A stretch of DNA of 64,000 bases from Harriotta raleighana (lineage: Eukaryota), in the NCBI GenBank assembly GCA_050575255.1, contig JBNZDD010013638.1, forward strand, positions 825,726 to 889,725. The letters are read 5' to 3'. The first letter of the stretch is position 1, and each line of letters starts with the position of its first letter. Under the pieces are notes generated by a model. It was not told the origin of the DNA and did no database searches. It saw only the letters and a program-made list of their open reading frames with translations. Shown in pieces: positions 1 through 13,439 of this stretch. Position numbers and translations under genes: made by a program.

Positions 1-1000
1 TAGGCTGGGTTGAAGAGGAAGGTGTTCAGGTGTGATGTAAATATGATCAAGGAAGTTGCATGACTGAGGAATTGAGGCAGAACAGAATTACACAGTAACT
101 ACATTTTATAATAGGTATAGTTACTCCTTTGAGACATTTTGACAACATGATACATCAAATGCAAGGATTATTAATACTGTATTGTTATCAAATTTAATTA
201 ATACTACTACTATTTAGGAGTAGACTTGTGATTGGTATTTTCTTGCTTTACAAAGCCTAGTCAATCTTCCCAGAATGGTAAATGCATTTAAACTACATTA
301 TATTACTACTGCAACTATGAATACAGTGAATTAAACATATCACCTAATAGCTCCAGTTTTTCTGGCACAAACAGTCACTGAGTTTGACAGTGATTATTTG
401 TGAAGTGCTTTGAAGAGTTTTGACCTGATAAGACATTATAAAAAATGCAATTTTTTTTTCATTTGCAATGAAACACTTTATAAGGAAATAAGTCCGTACT
501 GCCTTGAGATTACCTATTTTATCAACAATAGCTGAAACTGACATGCAACCTATTGAACAGGCAGTGGAGGGATTTATCCAAATGAAAATCATGAAGATGA
601 TCTGTGGCTAAAATACGTGTGCTGCAACAATTGAAAAGACCTGAATGAAGATTTCCACATGCAAATCAACAAAATGTACTCGAGATCCTGCGTAATTCAC
701 TTATGAGCTGCAAAAAGCCTCTCAGGCTACCTTTTTGGACATGTAAAATTGTCAACCTACTGAACAGTAAACTTCAGGCATTCACAAATGTACGGATTAC
801 AAAGAATAGATTATCAATATTATGTATGGCAGCTCACTGTATGTACATAATAATTGGACAAAGAAAACAGGCTTTTCAATTTCTCTGTGGTAGATCATTA
901 CCAGCACAAATCAGACAATATCCCTTTCGCACTGTTTTGACCAGTGAGTTGATCTTATCTATAACTCAGTTGACTCTGCAACCATCAAAAGATGACATGA

Positions 1001-1466
1001 AACAACAACAACAACAACAACAAAATTACATTTATAGAGCCTTTCACATCAGGAGGCCATTCCAAGGCACTGAACAATTAGGTCAGGACCCGGGTGGGTG
1101 GGAGGGTGGGGAGGGGGAAGGAGAGTAGGAGAGAGGGAAGGAGAGTAGGAGAGGGAGGAGCGTTATGAGGGGAGCAGAAGACATAGTCAAAGACGAAGGT
1201 CTTGAGACCGGCCTTGAAGGAGGAAAGGGAGGAAGCAAGGCAAAGGGATTGCGAGGTTGAGTTCCAGAGTGTGGGGGCAGAGAGGCTGAAAGCCCGGCCA
1301 CTGATGGTAGGGTGGTTCAGGTGGGGGACGTGGAGCAGGCCAGAGCCCACTGAACGGAGGGGACGGGCAGACTGAGAAGGAGACAGCAGGTTGGAGAGAT
1401 AGGCGGGGACAAAACCGTGAATGGCCTTGAAAGTGAGGACGAGGATCTTGAAATCGACCCTTTGAC
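1001..1466 (-). mobile_element. L2-clade LINE 3' fragment
   Basis: ORF 1078..1503 gives RVDFKILVLTFKAIHG..PAYLSNLL...GRAFS..APTLWNS, the L2 ORF2 C-terminus; ends in a stem-loop tail plus (GTT)n. Confidence 0.85.
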
Positions 1467-1484
1467 ATGGAAATGAGTGTTTAC

Positions 1485-1843
1485 TTAATCCTTGCATTTC
1501 CATTTAATACAGTGCTATATCATGTTGTCAAAATATCTCAAACACTTTACAGGGTACACCGTCAAGTAGATTGACTGTATTTTGTGGATGAAACACTGCA
1601 TCATCCAGTTTGTGCACAGCAATATTCTATAAACAGCCATGGAGCGACTGATCAATTTTATTCGAATCAGAACAATCAGAACTTTATTTTTATGTCTCGA
1701 TCGCACCTTCGACAATGCAGCACACCCCCAGCATTGCACCAGATTGTCTTCTTAGACTATGTGATTCAAATCTTGATGTGGGACTTGAACCAACAACATT
1801 CTGACTCAGAGGAGAGAATACTACCACTGAGCCAGGCTGACAC
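1485..1843 (-). mobile_element. SacSINE1/DeuSINE-like SINE (degenerate)
   Basis: tRNA-like head (ctgagtcagaa..gttcaagtcccac on minus strand), Deu-like core, L2-like tail. Confidence 0.65.
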
Positions 1844-2454
1844 ATCATCAATGCTAGATCAATACTATGAAGGAACTAAATTAATATTGGAACTTTAACC
1901 TAGAGTTGCGTGAGCAAAGTTGAATTCTAGCTGCATCAGGTGTTGACTACTTGCATAGCACACCTCAAGACTCACCTCTCTGACCATGTTTTGGATTATT
2001 TATCTTCTCTCTTCAGCCCTGCCACACCCTGATTCAACCCTCCAACATGAAAAATGCCATGTAAATCTACATTTTATTTTATTATAAGCCTCATTTGGTT
2101 ACACATACGTACATGAAGCAGAATTTTATGTTTTGGTGCATTTGGGGATAGAGCAGCTCATGAGAGAACCTGCCTTCAAATTGCACGTCATTGCACATTC
2201 GGAGAGAATGACCTTTTAAAAATATTTTCCATCTCATCTTGGCTAATTACTGCATTGATCACTCCTGGTAGCACACAAGGTACATTTGCTTTAATGTTAC
2301 GATCTGCATTAACAAGAGCCAATGGCACTTAGTCACCACAATCTAATAGGTATTACCTATTCTATCTAATTAAAGAAATTAAAGCAGGCACCAAAGATCC
2401 ATTGATTTTTGCTTTAATAAGAATCTCCTTCTGTGACTCTGACCACCTTGTAGT

Positions 2455-2672
2455 TTGGGGGGAGAGAGAGAGGAGTGGACGAAGGAGTGGGCAACGGAAC
2501 GACAAAGGGGGAAGAGTGGCAGGGAGGGGGAACAGAGGTGAGAGGAAGGGGAAAGAGAGGGGCGTAGAGAAAACAGATGGGGGCTAGAGGGTGGAAAGAG
2601 AGAGAGAAACTAGAAGGGGTGGGAGAGAGGGGATAAAGATAGGAGAGAGGAGGGTGAGAGGGTGATGGTGGT
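2455..2672. repeat. GA-rich polypurine low-complexity tract
   Basis: About 200 nt almost entirely G/A. Confidence 0.8.
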
Positions 2673-3201
2673 TAGTGGAATCTCCTCGGAGTTGAACTGG
2701 ATCCAATGTAGTTTGCTCAGCAACAGAATGGTATAATCAATTCAACCCTCTGTTGTGGTCTTGTTAGTCCAGTTCCTGAGCCAGGCGAGTCTGCAGTATT
2801 ACATCCACCGCTGACAACAGTGTTTGGCTCATGAGGAACAGACTAGTCACTGTGGGCAGGGATTCTTTTCAGTCAGCTGTTAAGCTTGCAAGCCAAAGTC
2901 CTAATGGATAGTGTGGTTGTAGCTACATAAGCAGCAGGAAGCCTGCCAGATGTAGTGGGCAAGCTATGTGGTTTTAGCTGGTTAAACTCCAGCAGTACCC
3001 CCAAAGCCCTCTATGATCCCAAGCCTTGGTTTTTGCCAGTGTATGTGTATGCGTGATACATGTGCCAGACATCCAGGTGATGAAAATAAACTATACAAAT
3101 TCTATAATTCTTGGCATTTATGTGGCACAGATCATCAGGAAATCTATTGTTTTGTATGCTAAAGTTTTCATTTAAAATCTATTGTCCTTGCATTTTTTTC
3201 A

Positions 3202-4428
3202 AAGATATGACTAGCAGATTATATAGGGGGGAACAAGTGGTATATTTGGATTTTCAGAAGTCATTCAACAAGGTTCCATATGCAAGATTGTTACATAAGA
3301 TTGAGGCTCATGGAATTAATTGTAATACATTAGCATGGATTGAAAAGTAGTTAACAGGCAGAAAACAGAGAGTAGGGATAAGCAGGTCCTTCTCAGAATG
3401 TGACTAGTGGAGTACCACAAGGATCAGTGCTTGGGCCTTAACAGTTTACAATCTACATCAATGACTTAGATGAGGAAATAGAGTTTAATGTATCTAAGTT
3501 CACGGACGTTACAAAGCTAGCTAGGAAAGTAAGGAGGACACGAGAAGGATATAAAGGGATTTAGACAGGTTAAGTGAGTGGGCAACGAGATGGTAAATGG
3601 AGTATAATGTGGGGAAGTGTGAAGTTATTCACCTAAGTAGAAAAAATAGAAAAGCAGATTATTTTCTAGAGGGTGTTAGACTAGGTAGCTTTTGTATTCA
3701 GAGGAATTTAGGTGTCCTTGCAATCACAGAAAGTTAATAGCTAGAAAGCAGATACAGCAAGCAATTAGAAAGGCTAACAGCATGTTAGCGTTCATTGCAA
3801 AGGGGTTACAGTATAAGAGTAGGGAAGTCTTGCTGCAATTGTAGAGGGCTTTAGTGAGACTGCATCTAGAATATTTTGTGCAATTTTGGTCTCCTATCTA
3901 AGAAAGTATATACTGTACTCCCCTTAGAGGGGTTGTAAAGTAGATTCACTAAATTGGTTCCTGAGATGAGGGGGTTGACTTATGAGGAGAGGTTGAGTAA
4001 ACTAGGCCTATATTGTCTAGAATATAGAAGAATTAGAGGTGATCTTATAAAAACCTATAAGATTCTTAGGCCTTGACAGGGTAGGTATTGTGAGACTGTC
4101 TCCCCTGTTTGGAGAATCTAATACAAGGGGATCATAATCTCAGGATTAAAGGTCAGCCTTTTAGAAATGAGTTGAGGAAACATGTCTCCACTCAGAGATT
4201 AGTGAATTTATGGAATTCTCTACTCCAGAAGGCTGTGGATGATCAGTCATTGAACATATTCAAGACTGAGATCGATAGTTTTTTAAAAGTTAAAGGAATT
4301 AAAGGATATGGGGATAGGGTGGGTAAATGGAATTAGGATAGAAGAACAGCCATGATCTTATTAAATGGCGGGGAAGGCTCGAGGGGCCAAATGGCATCCT
4401 TCTGTTCCTACTTCTTAAATTCTTATGT
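3202..4428 (+). mobile_element. CR1 LINE, 5'-truncated, degenerate RT and 3' UTR
   Basis: Fragments VYLDFQKSFNKVP, SGVPQGSVLGP, LYINDLDE, RLVNLWNSL..KAV with stops and frameshifts; 3' end ttcttaaattcttatgt. Confidence 0.92.
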
Positions 4429-7400
4429 CCTTAGCTTTCCCCAAGTAATGAAGTTAGTGAAAGACACAGTGCAATAATGCATCAATTCTTTCCCTCATTC
4501 TGAAAAAATATATAAATAATTTGAAAACAATGTTATCAATTGGTTCAGTGCCAAAGTAGCCTTCTTGTTTAGAATGACAAATATCTTTGTCTTGAAAAGT
4601 CAAATTTGTATTCACCATTAAAATAATGAATAAATAAATCATATTCAGCTCATTGGCAACATAGACATAGATGTAAGTAAATTGTTCCACTGGCCTTTGT
4701 TGACATTTCATTAATTATTTGCAGCTCTGCATCCTTTTTATTCTATTTCCTTCCTTTTCCCTTCTCCTCCTCCTCCTCCTCCTCCTCCACAAGACCACAA
4801 AAGAAGTAGGGGTTAAGAAGATCCATTTGCCTATTTGATCTAATTCTTGCTTTATACCTACCCTACCATCTTCCAATTACAGCACCAAACTGCTTCTTTA
4901 AACAAGGATCTATCTGTGTCCTTTTAAAACACATCAATCAAATCTGAATCTATTGCCTTCTGGGGTAGTGTATTCCATATTCTCATAACTGTCTGTGTCA
5001 TTTCCATCCACAGATCTTGTTTAATTCATCCTGTCATTGGTTCTATTCCTTATTTCATCTCCCGAGGGAGATGACTAACATGGGTAAAACTTCCAAGGCA
5101 TTAAAGCTCCGTGAAATTTCTCATCAATCGCAAGTTAAAACTTGTTAAACCAGAGGACATTAATCAATCATTACCAATCTTATTTAATCCTAACTAGCTA
5201 TGTACAGTATTTATAGATGACAATTACAAGGTCCCATGTGAACAAATATGGTGTATTTGATGTGTTTGATCGATCATGTCCATATTAATTGTTTATAATC
5301 TTAAATCCCAATCTACAATGGATATTTATCCAAGAAAATGACAGATGCCCAGTTGCACGCTACTCTGTAAGAAATATATTGCTCTGCATTCATGTTTGAG
5401 ATCCGATAGAGTTATGTTAACATCTTCTCTTACTGTAATCAAAGTTAAAGAATTTGTTTAACCGACTAATCACAGCACTTGCCGTTATGGAAGTTTTCCC
5501 TCAATGAAAATAAGGCTGCTTTGGCTACCAATGAACCATTGTTTATTCTAGCATTGGGTTAGAGAGACCATGATGTTATGGACTTGTTCTAGATAAGTTG
5601 ATCTCAGTCAGAGAAGCAGTTTGGTTGTTGCAGTTGGTCTCAATGCTTGTGGATTCCACAGGGAAAAATCACCCATGGTGAGTGCTCCTGTCCAGAGACA
5701 TCTTTGTAGAAAGATATTTGCATCTTGATGTACGTTGAGACGAGGAAATGTTTATCCATTTAAACTCTACAGAATTGCTTCACAATCTTCATAAAGGTAT
5801 TCACCTGGCCACATTACTTGGTGAGAATTGTTTTTAATACAGTAAGAAATGCCCTCTTTTTTTTGTTAATTTGATAATTTGAAAAGCTGAGGACCTAGAA
5901 TAAAGAATCAGAGAGCTTTTCTGGTCCAGAAATGGCACTTCCTTTAAGCATAACACAGATTTTATTGTCACGTCAATTTCCAATTCAGCAAGCTAATCTG
6001 CTATTAGTCCCATGATGTTTAATCTTGTATAAAAGTTTAATTTGCAGAATTTTATCGAATGTTTTCTGAAAGTCTACGGAATTGCTCTTGTCTGCAAAAT
6101 TAGTTATGTCCAGTAGATTGCTTCTAAAATCAGCCTGACTGTTCCTTCCTGCTATCTAAATGATCATTGATCGTTTTGAGCATTTTCTTTATTGAACTGT
6201 TTCATTCCATTTCTGAATATTGGAATAACATTCATTATCTCTGAGTCTTCAGCAATGTCTCAGATCCTGCTGTGTTCTATGGAGCTCCTAAAAATATTAA
6301 CCAGATTCTTAGTGACTTAAATTCCTGAATTTTGTCTTCCACTGCCATCTTCAAAAATATTTTCCAGACTCGAAGGAGCTGGATTGTATTTTGCCACTCG
6401 TGCTCTGCGTTTATATTTAAATCTATACATTGTAATGATTAATGTAACTTGAATCAGCATGACACCTCTCCAATTCTCTAATGTTATGCTCTATTGATAA
6501 CCTTTCAGATTCTGTCTTCTGTTTCCACTTTACTGAAAAATAAATGATCCATCTTCTAATAAAAGCTTTGTATGTTTTGGGGATTATAATGCCACTATCT
6601 GTGAGAGCCAGATTGGTTTCAAAAAACTGAAATGTTTTTCTTATTCAGAAATGCCTTAATGTCCTCATCCTTCAAAAGAGGCAGCATCAAACAATACAAT
6701 GGATTTTGACACTTTTTCTTTTTCTGTCTGTTGAATATAAAAGGACAATGACGCAAAATAATAAAAATGTACATATCAAGGACTGAACCACCAGCTGCTC
6801 TGGAGAACTGAAAATTACAAATACTGTATGTTTCTGCTAGTTTGAACAAATCTATTGCTCTCTGACTTACTGCGAATATTGTACACTTGCCATGGTATTG
6901 TCCTTCCCCCAGTCACCCCACAAAATTATCCACTATTACTTAATGGTGTGAACTGACATAGGGTAGGGCATATGTAACAATTATCTTCAACCTGGTTCAA
7001 CCCCCGGAAGATACATATTACATTAGAATTTTTGATTTAAGAATAACACACAGCTGGTATGTCATTATTGCAAGCATAAATTTTATACAAATATTGACTA
7101 GTTAAGCACTGTAATGCTGCGATGATGGCTTGAAATTTTGAAAAGGAATAACTGACTGAACATTTCGTTTAGGCCTTATGCCAACAGCTGAACATATCAT
7201 TTGTAACATGAGGTTTTTTTTTAGCCAGCCATGTGTTTGAAACATGCAGAAACCCATCACCATGCTTAGCCATAGCCAAACATATCACCTTAATAACAAT
7301 AATAATTCTTGCATTTGGTAAAGCACCTTATCACACTGTTGAGATGTCTCAAAGCGCTTCACAGAATTTACTGTAAAATAGATTGACTATAAACACTCTA

Positions 7401-7691
7401 GGTGAAATGCAGCAGCCAATTGTGCACAGCCAGTTCAGCTCCAAGGAATACTCCATTTACTTCCGCTTCAAACATTGTAACCATGAGCGACAATGAGAGT
7501 CAATCAGAAATGCGTAGTGTGTAGGGGAAGCAGGGATAAGATTCCTTCCAGGAATTATCTTGAATCTATTTATCTGTCAGCCTGGTTCCGAGGTGAAAGG
7601 CGCTATACAAATGTGGATTTGTTGTTGTTGTTCAGTGAGAGCACCCTTGTCTCTGAGTCAGAAGGTAATGTGTTCAAACTCCATGTAGGTA

Positions 7692-8471
7692 CAGTAAAAG
7701 CCTGCTTATCAGTGTCCCGATGAACCGGAAGACCCGTATAACTGGCATGTCAAAAAAAAAATCCTCNTTCGATAAACCGGAAGACCAGTATAACTGGCAT
7801 GTCNGTTATCCGGCAGAATAGCAGTGGCGCATTTAATGAATCGATTGTCGCAAGCGAATACTGTGCAGGTATATTNGTTATCCGGCAGAATAGCAGTGGC
7901 ACATTTAATGAATCGATTGTCGCAAGCGAATACTGTGCAGGTATATTGAATGTCCGCTGGGGGAATCTGAAAATTGCACAGCTGTTTTTTTTTCTCCGTG
8001 GGGGCCGCCATTGCAGAAGTTAAGTATGAAAAATAAAGTATTAATACAATATTATGTTATTATAGTATCTGTTATTAGTGTACAGTATTTAGTCTATTAT
8101 TTATATTATTTATTGTAAATATTGCACAGTGTACAATCTTTACAATAAAGTACCCGTACAATATTCTGTTATTACAGTATCTGTTATTACTGTATTTAGT
8201 CTATTATTTATATGGTACAATGTACAACATTTACAATAAAATACACATACATTATTCTGTTGTTATCTGTTATTATTTAGTCTAGTATTAATATGGTATG
8301 TGTTAAAATAATTTTTTATTTTAAAAAAATGTTCAATTGGAAAGCCGTTTAACAGGCACTGGCCAGGTCCCGTGGGTGCCGGATAAACAACAACAATAAC
8401 AACAAAATTACACTTGTAAAGCGCTTTTCATGTCGGGAGGACGTCCCAAAGCGCTGAACAGGCTTTTACTG
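7692..8471. mobile_element. Non-autonomous Tc1/mariner (Tigger-like) DNA transposon / MITE
   Basis: TIRs cagtaaaagcctg...caggcttttactg, left flank TA; shares internal sequence (aatcgattgtcgca, cactggccaggtcccgtgggtgcc) with the inverted copy at 38285-38716. Confidence 0.8.
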
Positions 8472-11014
8472 CATTTGGAATTTATATAGTGTAAACTGAC
8501 ACATATAATCTATGTTTCTGCCAACAGGCCAACAAACCCTCAAATAAAATGAGTCATTCAATTCATGACTTTTTGTAGGATATTATTCTGTACACAAATT
8601 GGCTGCCACATACACATTGTGTATCCTGTGAAGTGCTTTGGAATGTCATCTTGATGTGAAAGGAGCTATTTCAAATGTAAGCGATATTATTATTATTATT
8701 ACTTATCATTGATTTGTTTCCTTTTGGGGGGGTCAGCCAGGTGTCAACCAGCCTCAGTTGGCAGCATTTTGATTCAAACCTCACATTGGGATTTTGAACT
8801 CAGGCTGGGCTGCTACTCAGTGCTTGGGAGTTAGCTTCATTTTTGGAATACCGTTCTTCAGATGAAACACCAAAACCGAGGTCCGATTTGACTGTTCAGA
8901 TGGAAGTTTCTACGCCTTTAATATCCCACAAACACATCTCTTTAACAACACTGTAAAGGAAAACTTTGCAGTCTTCGGGTTCTCCTCAAATCCTGTGTAC
9001 CATTTCATCTGTACCTTTGAAGCTGTTCCTCATAACTAATTGCAGCTTTTACACATTTTTACAAAAGAGAAAAGCCACTAAAGACCTTGACCCCATGATT
9101 CAATACATACTTTATCTAAAGATACAACAGAATTACATTTCTTTAACGCCTTTCACATCAGGAGGACATCCCAAGACACTAGACAGCTATATTAAAGATA
9201 ACTATGATAATCCACATTTGAGTGTGGAGTCCTATCAAATTATTATTATAACTTTCACTATGAAACACTTTAAACAAATTACCTGCCAATAAAAATATAA
9301 TATTGCTACATTTTGATAACATTCAGCTTTTAGTGTATCACTCAATAGTATATAAATAATATATACAGTAAAAATATTAATAAATATTTTTGACAAATAC
9401 TGATTTGTAATTCAGTAATGAAATATTAAATAATAGCAAATTAGAAACACTTACAGGTAGTAAATCATCAGTCAATTTAGATTTCTCCTCCAAATGCATA
9501 CAAGGCTTGGGACGTCCTCCTGACGTGAAAGGCGCTGCAAAGTGTAATTTTGTTGTTGTTGAGGCCCAACATGTCATCTAGTTTTAGCTGATGAGATTAT
9601 GTTGTTTTAAAATTTAGGATTGCTACAGAATTGATGAAAATGATTGAATCCAGTTTTGAATTGGAATCCAGTATTTCTACAATTCTTATAAAGAATTGGC
9701 TTCCGAATTAAGACTGAATTTAAGAATTTCTCACAATTCTACGTCATCTTAAATTTTAAGACTAAATAGCTTTATTGGCTAGGATAAGATGTAAATTTGG
9801 GCCAAAGATTACGTTATCTATCTCTCAATTTAATCATTTTACTGAAGCTTTGGTGTATCTCTGTTTCAAATTATTTATGAAATTCTGAGCAAGAAAGCGT
9901 AGGTAGGATTCCAAGTTTNCAAATTATTTATGAAATTCTGAGCAAGAAAGCGTAGGTAGGATTCTTTATTTTCTTTTGCTCTTGCTTTCCCTCATCTTCA
10001 AGCTCATTGCGATCTGTTTGTTCAGATATGTATTTGTGAGCAATGGGTTCTGGTATATTTTACAAAATATACAAACGCAAAAGTATTAGGCACTTAGGCA
10101 CATGATACCAACACAGCCTAATTCGTGCAGGTTTAACTTTGAGTGTCATGTCCACGCCCATAAATCAGGTTCGACATGGCAGCTCATAGGAAGAGCCAAG
10201 AAATGGTTAGCAAATTTAACTGGGATTTAGGATTATGGAACTGGCAGAACAGTCTTGGAGGGCTGAATGGTCTCAGACTGTGATTCTTTTCGTATGTTCC
10301 TAACCCTGAAAATTCCCCATCACAGGGTCCAAAATGCCAGAACCTTTTCTATTTAGTAGGGTAAAATGAAATGGACTAATATGTTAAAACTGGTGTGGCA
10401 CTGAAGGTCGAATAGTGAAGCGATCAGTTCTTGTCAAGAGTGAGTAGAACAATAGAAGATGTGAGTTGAGCTGCATTCAGAACTGAAGCCAGCCCTCAGA
10501 CACTATGTCCCTGCTTTTGGAACTCCCCACAAACCCTTTTGGCTTATGCCTTCTCTCCTGTAAAAATATATCTCTTTTATCATGTTTTTGGTCAACACCT
10601 CCCTTCCCTTTCCTCTGTTCAGTGATCTATTTGTCAAACAATTTGAGATATTCATTCTATATGAAAGGCATTATGTAAGTGCCAGCTCTTGTTAATTGAA
10701 TTGGAGCGAATTAGGATAATTCCGATTTAGCCTACTTTACCCCGTTTGAATGTTTTAAATTGGGGTTGAATATTAATTCCTCCTTTTTTTTCTATCTCAG
10801 CATGGATTGCCCTCAAAGCATGGCAAGGGAATGGTCACTATCAGTGTTGCACACTACATATAAAAAATAAACGCCTGGGTTAGAGCACGAAATGCGAGGT
10901 TTAAAGGACAGCTGGGAAATTAAAAAATAGATGTAAATACTGTATGTACTGTACTGTATGTATTGATTTCCCACGTTGTAAAATTGACAATCCCATCTGA
11001 TTGCTCTGAGAGTC

Positions 11015-11355
11015 TGAGGACCTTGTCCTCACTTTCAAGGCCATTCATGGTCTTGTCTTTCCCTATCTCTCCAACCTACTGTCTCCCTATCAGCCTGCCC
11101 GACCCCTCCATTCAGCGGGCACTGACCTGCTCCATGTTCCCTCCTGAACCGCCCTACCATTGGTGGCCGGGCTTTCAGCCTCTCTGCCCCCGCACTCTGG
11201 AACTCCATCCCGCAATCCCTTTGCCTCGATTTCTCCCTTTCCTCCTTTAAGTCTTTCTCAAGACCTTCCTCTTTCTTCCGTGCCTTCTGCTCCCCTCCTA
11301 ACTCTCCCCCTCTCCTTCCCCCTATTCTATAAATGTAATTTTGTTGTTGTTGTTG
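11015..11355 (+). mobile_element. L2 LINE 3' fragment
   Basis: Closely similar to the reverse complement of 1001-1466; (GTT)n tail. Confidence 0.85.
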
Positions 11356-13439
11356 AGCCTCAAACTCACATAACAGTTCCTATCTTTAAAGGGTTGTCAC
11401 CATCCGCTAAGTCTGATGGTAGATCAGAGTCCACTGAAATATGGCTGCTGTCTCCATGGCTGCCATGGAGGACAAAACAAAACAGGCATGGTATTGGTTT
11501 AGCTCTGAAACTGCTGAGATAAATAGTTAAAGTGCTCCGTCCAGCGTGAAGGGCGCTATATAGATGCAAGTTGTTGTAAATGCCACAGGAACGTCAAAAT
11601 AAAGTGTTTAAAGTAGCAAGCTTAATTGCAAGTATGTTTCCCCAAAATTCTGGAGCCATTTTGTTTAGACTGGTGGTATCACGTGGGAAAACCCATCATC
11701 ATGCTTTAGACTATCCAAACCAGACTGAAAGTTCCTTTAGGAAACAATTTCTTGGGATACAATATATAATATGGGTTATGACATGTACATACAACTGCCA
11801 GGATGGTGGAAGGACCTTGGTCTTCTTTCGACTAGCAATTCTTATGTTGTTATGTTCCATATATGCGTGGAAATTTACCTGTGTCCGTAATGAAATGTAC
11901 ATGCTCCCACCCCCCACCCGAGGAACACTCCCTGCTCGCCTAATCCTAGCAAGTACTAGGCGCAGGTTGGCAAGAGCTAAAGCTTGGGGACCCTAGAATG
12001 CACTTTGGAGTACTTACTGCTGAAATTTAAGCAGATAAAAGCCACACAAGTTGCCATTGTCCACACTGTCTGGCAAGCTTCTCAATGCTTGTCCAACTAG
12101 GACCTCCCTGCTCAGCTGGAGCCTGGGGGAGGGGTTTGATTCCTTTGTACTCTTACTCATGACAGTTTTTTCTGCTAACTGATCTCTCTGACCAGGACGT
12201 GGTTTTGTTGTCACCTTTCTAATATAATTTACTAATGTGTTCTTGTGGAACCTTATCACATTCTGCCACAGCATCTGTTTTTTCTATCGCAAACCGACAG
12301 AACTTCCTGCACTTGACCATCCATTTCAACCTGGTTTCTAAAGCATTACCATCTGTGCTTTTATTCCCTGCAGCTACTTTCCTTCCTAAGCTTTCCTCTA
12401 TAAATTTCTTTTTTTAAAAGCTCCCTTTATCTGATCCTACCTCTTCCTGTCATATATCCTGGCTGCTGGCAGTTCATCTCCACTACCTGCCTCAGCAGCA
12501 AAGCAGTTCCTTTGACCTTACCCTTCTTCTGCAAAATATTTTTTCTTTGCTTCTCTTTCAAGCCCCCTTTTTCCCCCCGCCGTCTCATTCAAGTTCCCTG
12601 CCTGCACTTCATCAGGGGGTTATCTGAGTGGAGACATCCTGATGATCTACTTCAGCAATTGCCTTCAGTTTGTAACTCCTGCGGTTTACGTTTCTTCCCC
12701 TTCCAGTGAGCAACAGCAACACTGGGGAATCAATCATTTTTCCACTATGCAATCAATGGTAGCACAAAGTACACTCAGACCAGTTATTGAATTTGTGAGA
12801 TGAATTGCAGAGCTATCTGCACACTGCTCTGACAATATATCTATTATACCACATATATCTCAAGCCTCTTTCCTCCGAGGTGACTCTCTGGCCATAGTTG
12901 CTATTCAGATGAGGTGAGAGGAGTGCTTTTGCTGTTGACTTGTGGGATTATTTCCGCACTGACTTTTAACATAACAAACCTGGCCAACTGACTGATCAAA
13001 TGACTGCAAATGATGTGAAAATTAGACATTGGGTTCAAATATTTGCTATTGGAAAAACTGGAAGATGCTGCATTAGTAAAGGTTTTTGGTCTTGCAAATG
13101 AATTTATGCGAAATTCAGTCACAAATTGTCAGGCAAGGCAGGAAATTGGGAAGAAAAATTGTGCCACTAGAGACATTCTATTGTAGTTTTGTGGCTTGTT
13201 TTGGTCTGAGTTATCCCAAAATATTATCTGAGTTCACTTTTTCAATCCCATTCTCCTCTGTGCAACCCCTTGGGCCCAGGAAGGCCCTTCCTGTGACCAG
13301 AACTGTATGCAGTACTTTTAGTGCAGCCTGACCAGGTCACAACATGAGGATGACGTCTGGGGATCTAAACTCAACTAATTTAGTGGTATTGCTCAGCATC
13401 CTGTCTGCCTTACTTATTGCTGCCTCACACTGAGACCTT

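Noticed and set aside
703-1128. 141-aa ORF with a polyQ run
   Set aside because: The polyQ is the (CAA)n tail of an antisense L2; no gene structure.
7768-7948. Near-exact ~73-nt tandem duplication and ORFs 7709..8011 / 7799..8023 with repeated peptides
   Set aside because: Units are separated by single N bases, typical of unmerged contig overlaps or haplotypes; not treated as a biological repeat or CRISPR-like array.
9866-9964. Direct repeat caaattatttatgaaattctgagcaagaaagcgtaggtaggattc
   Set aside because: Copies flank a single N at 9919; likely assembly artefact.
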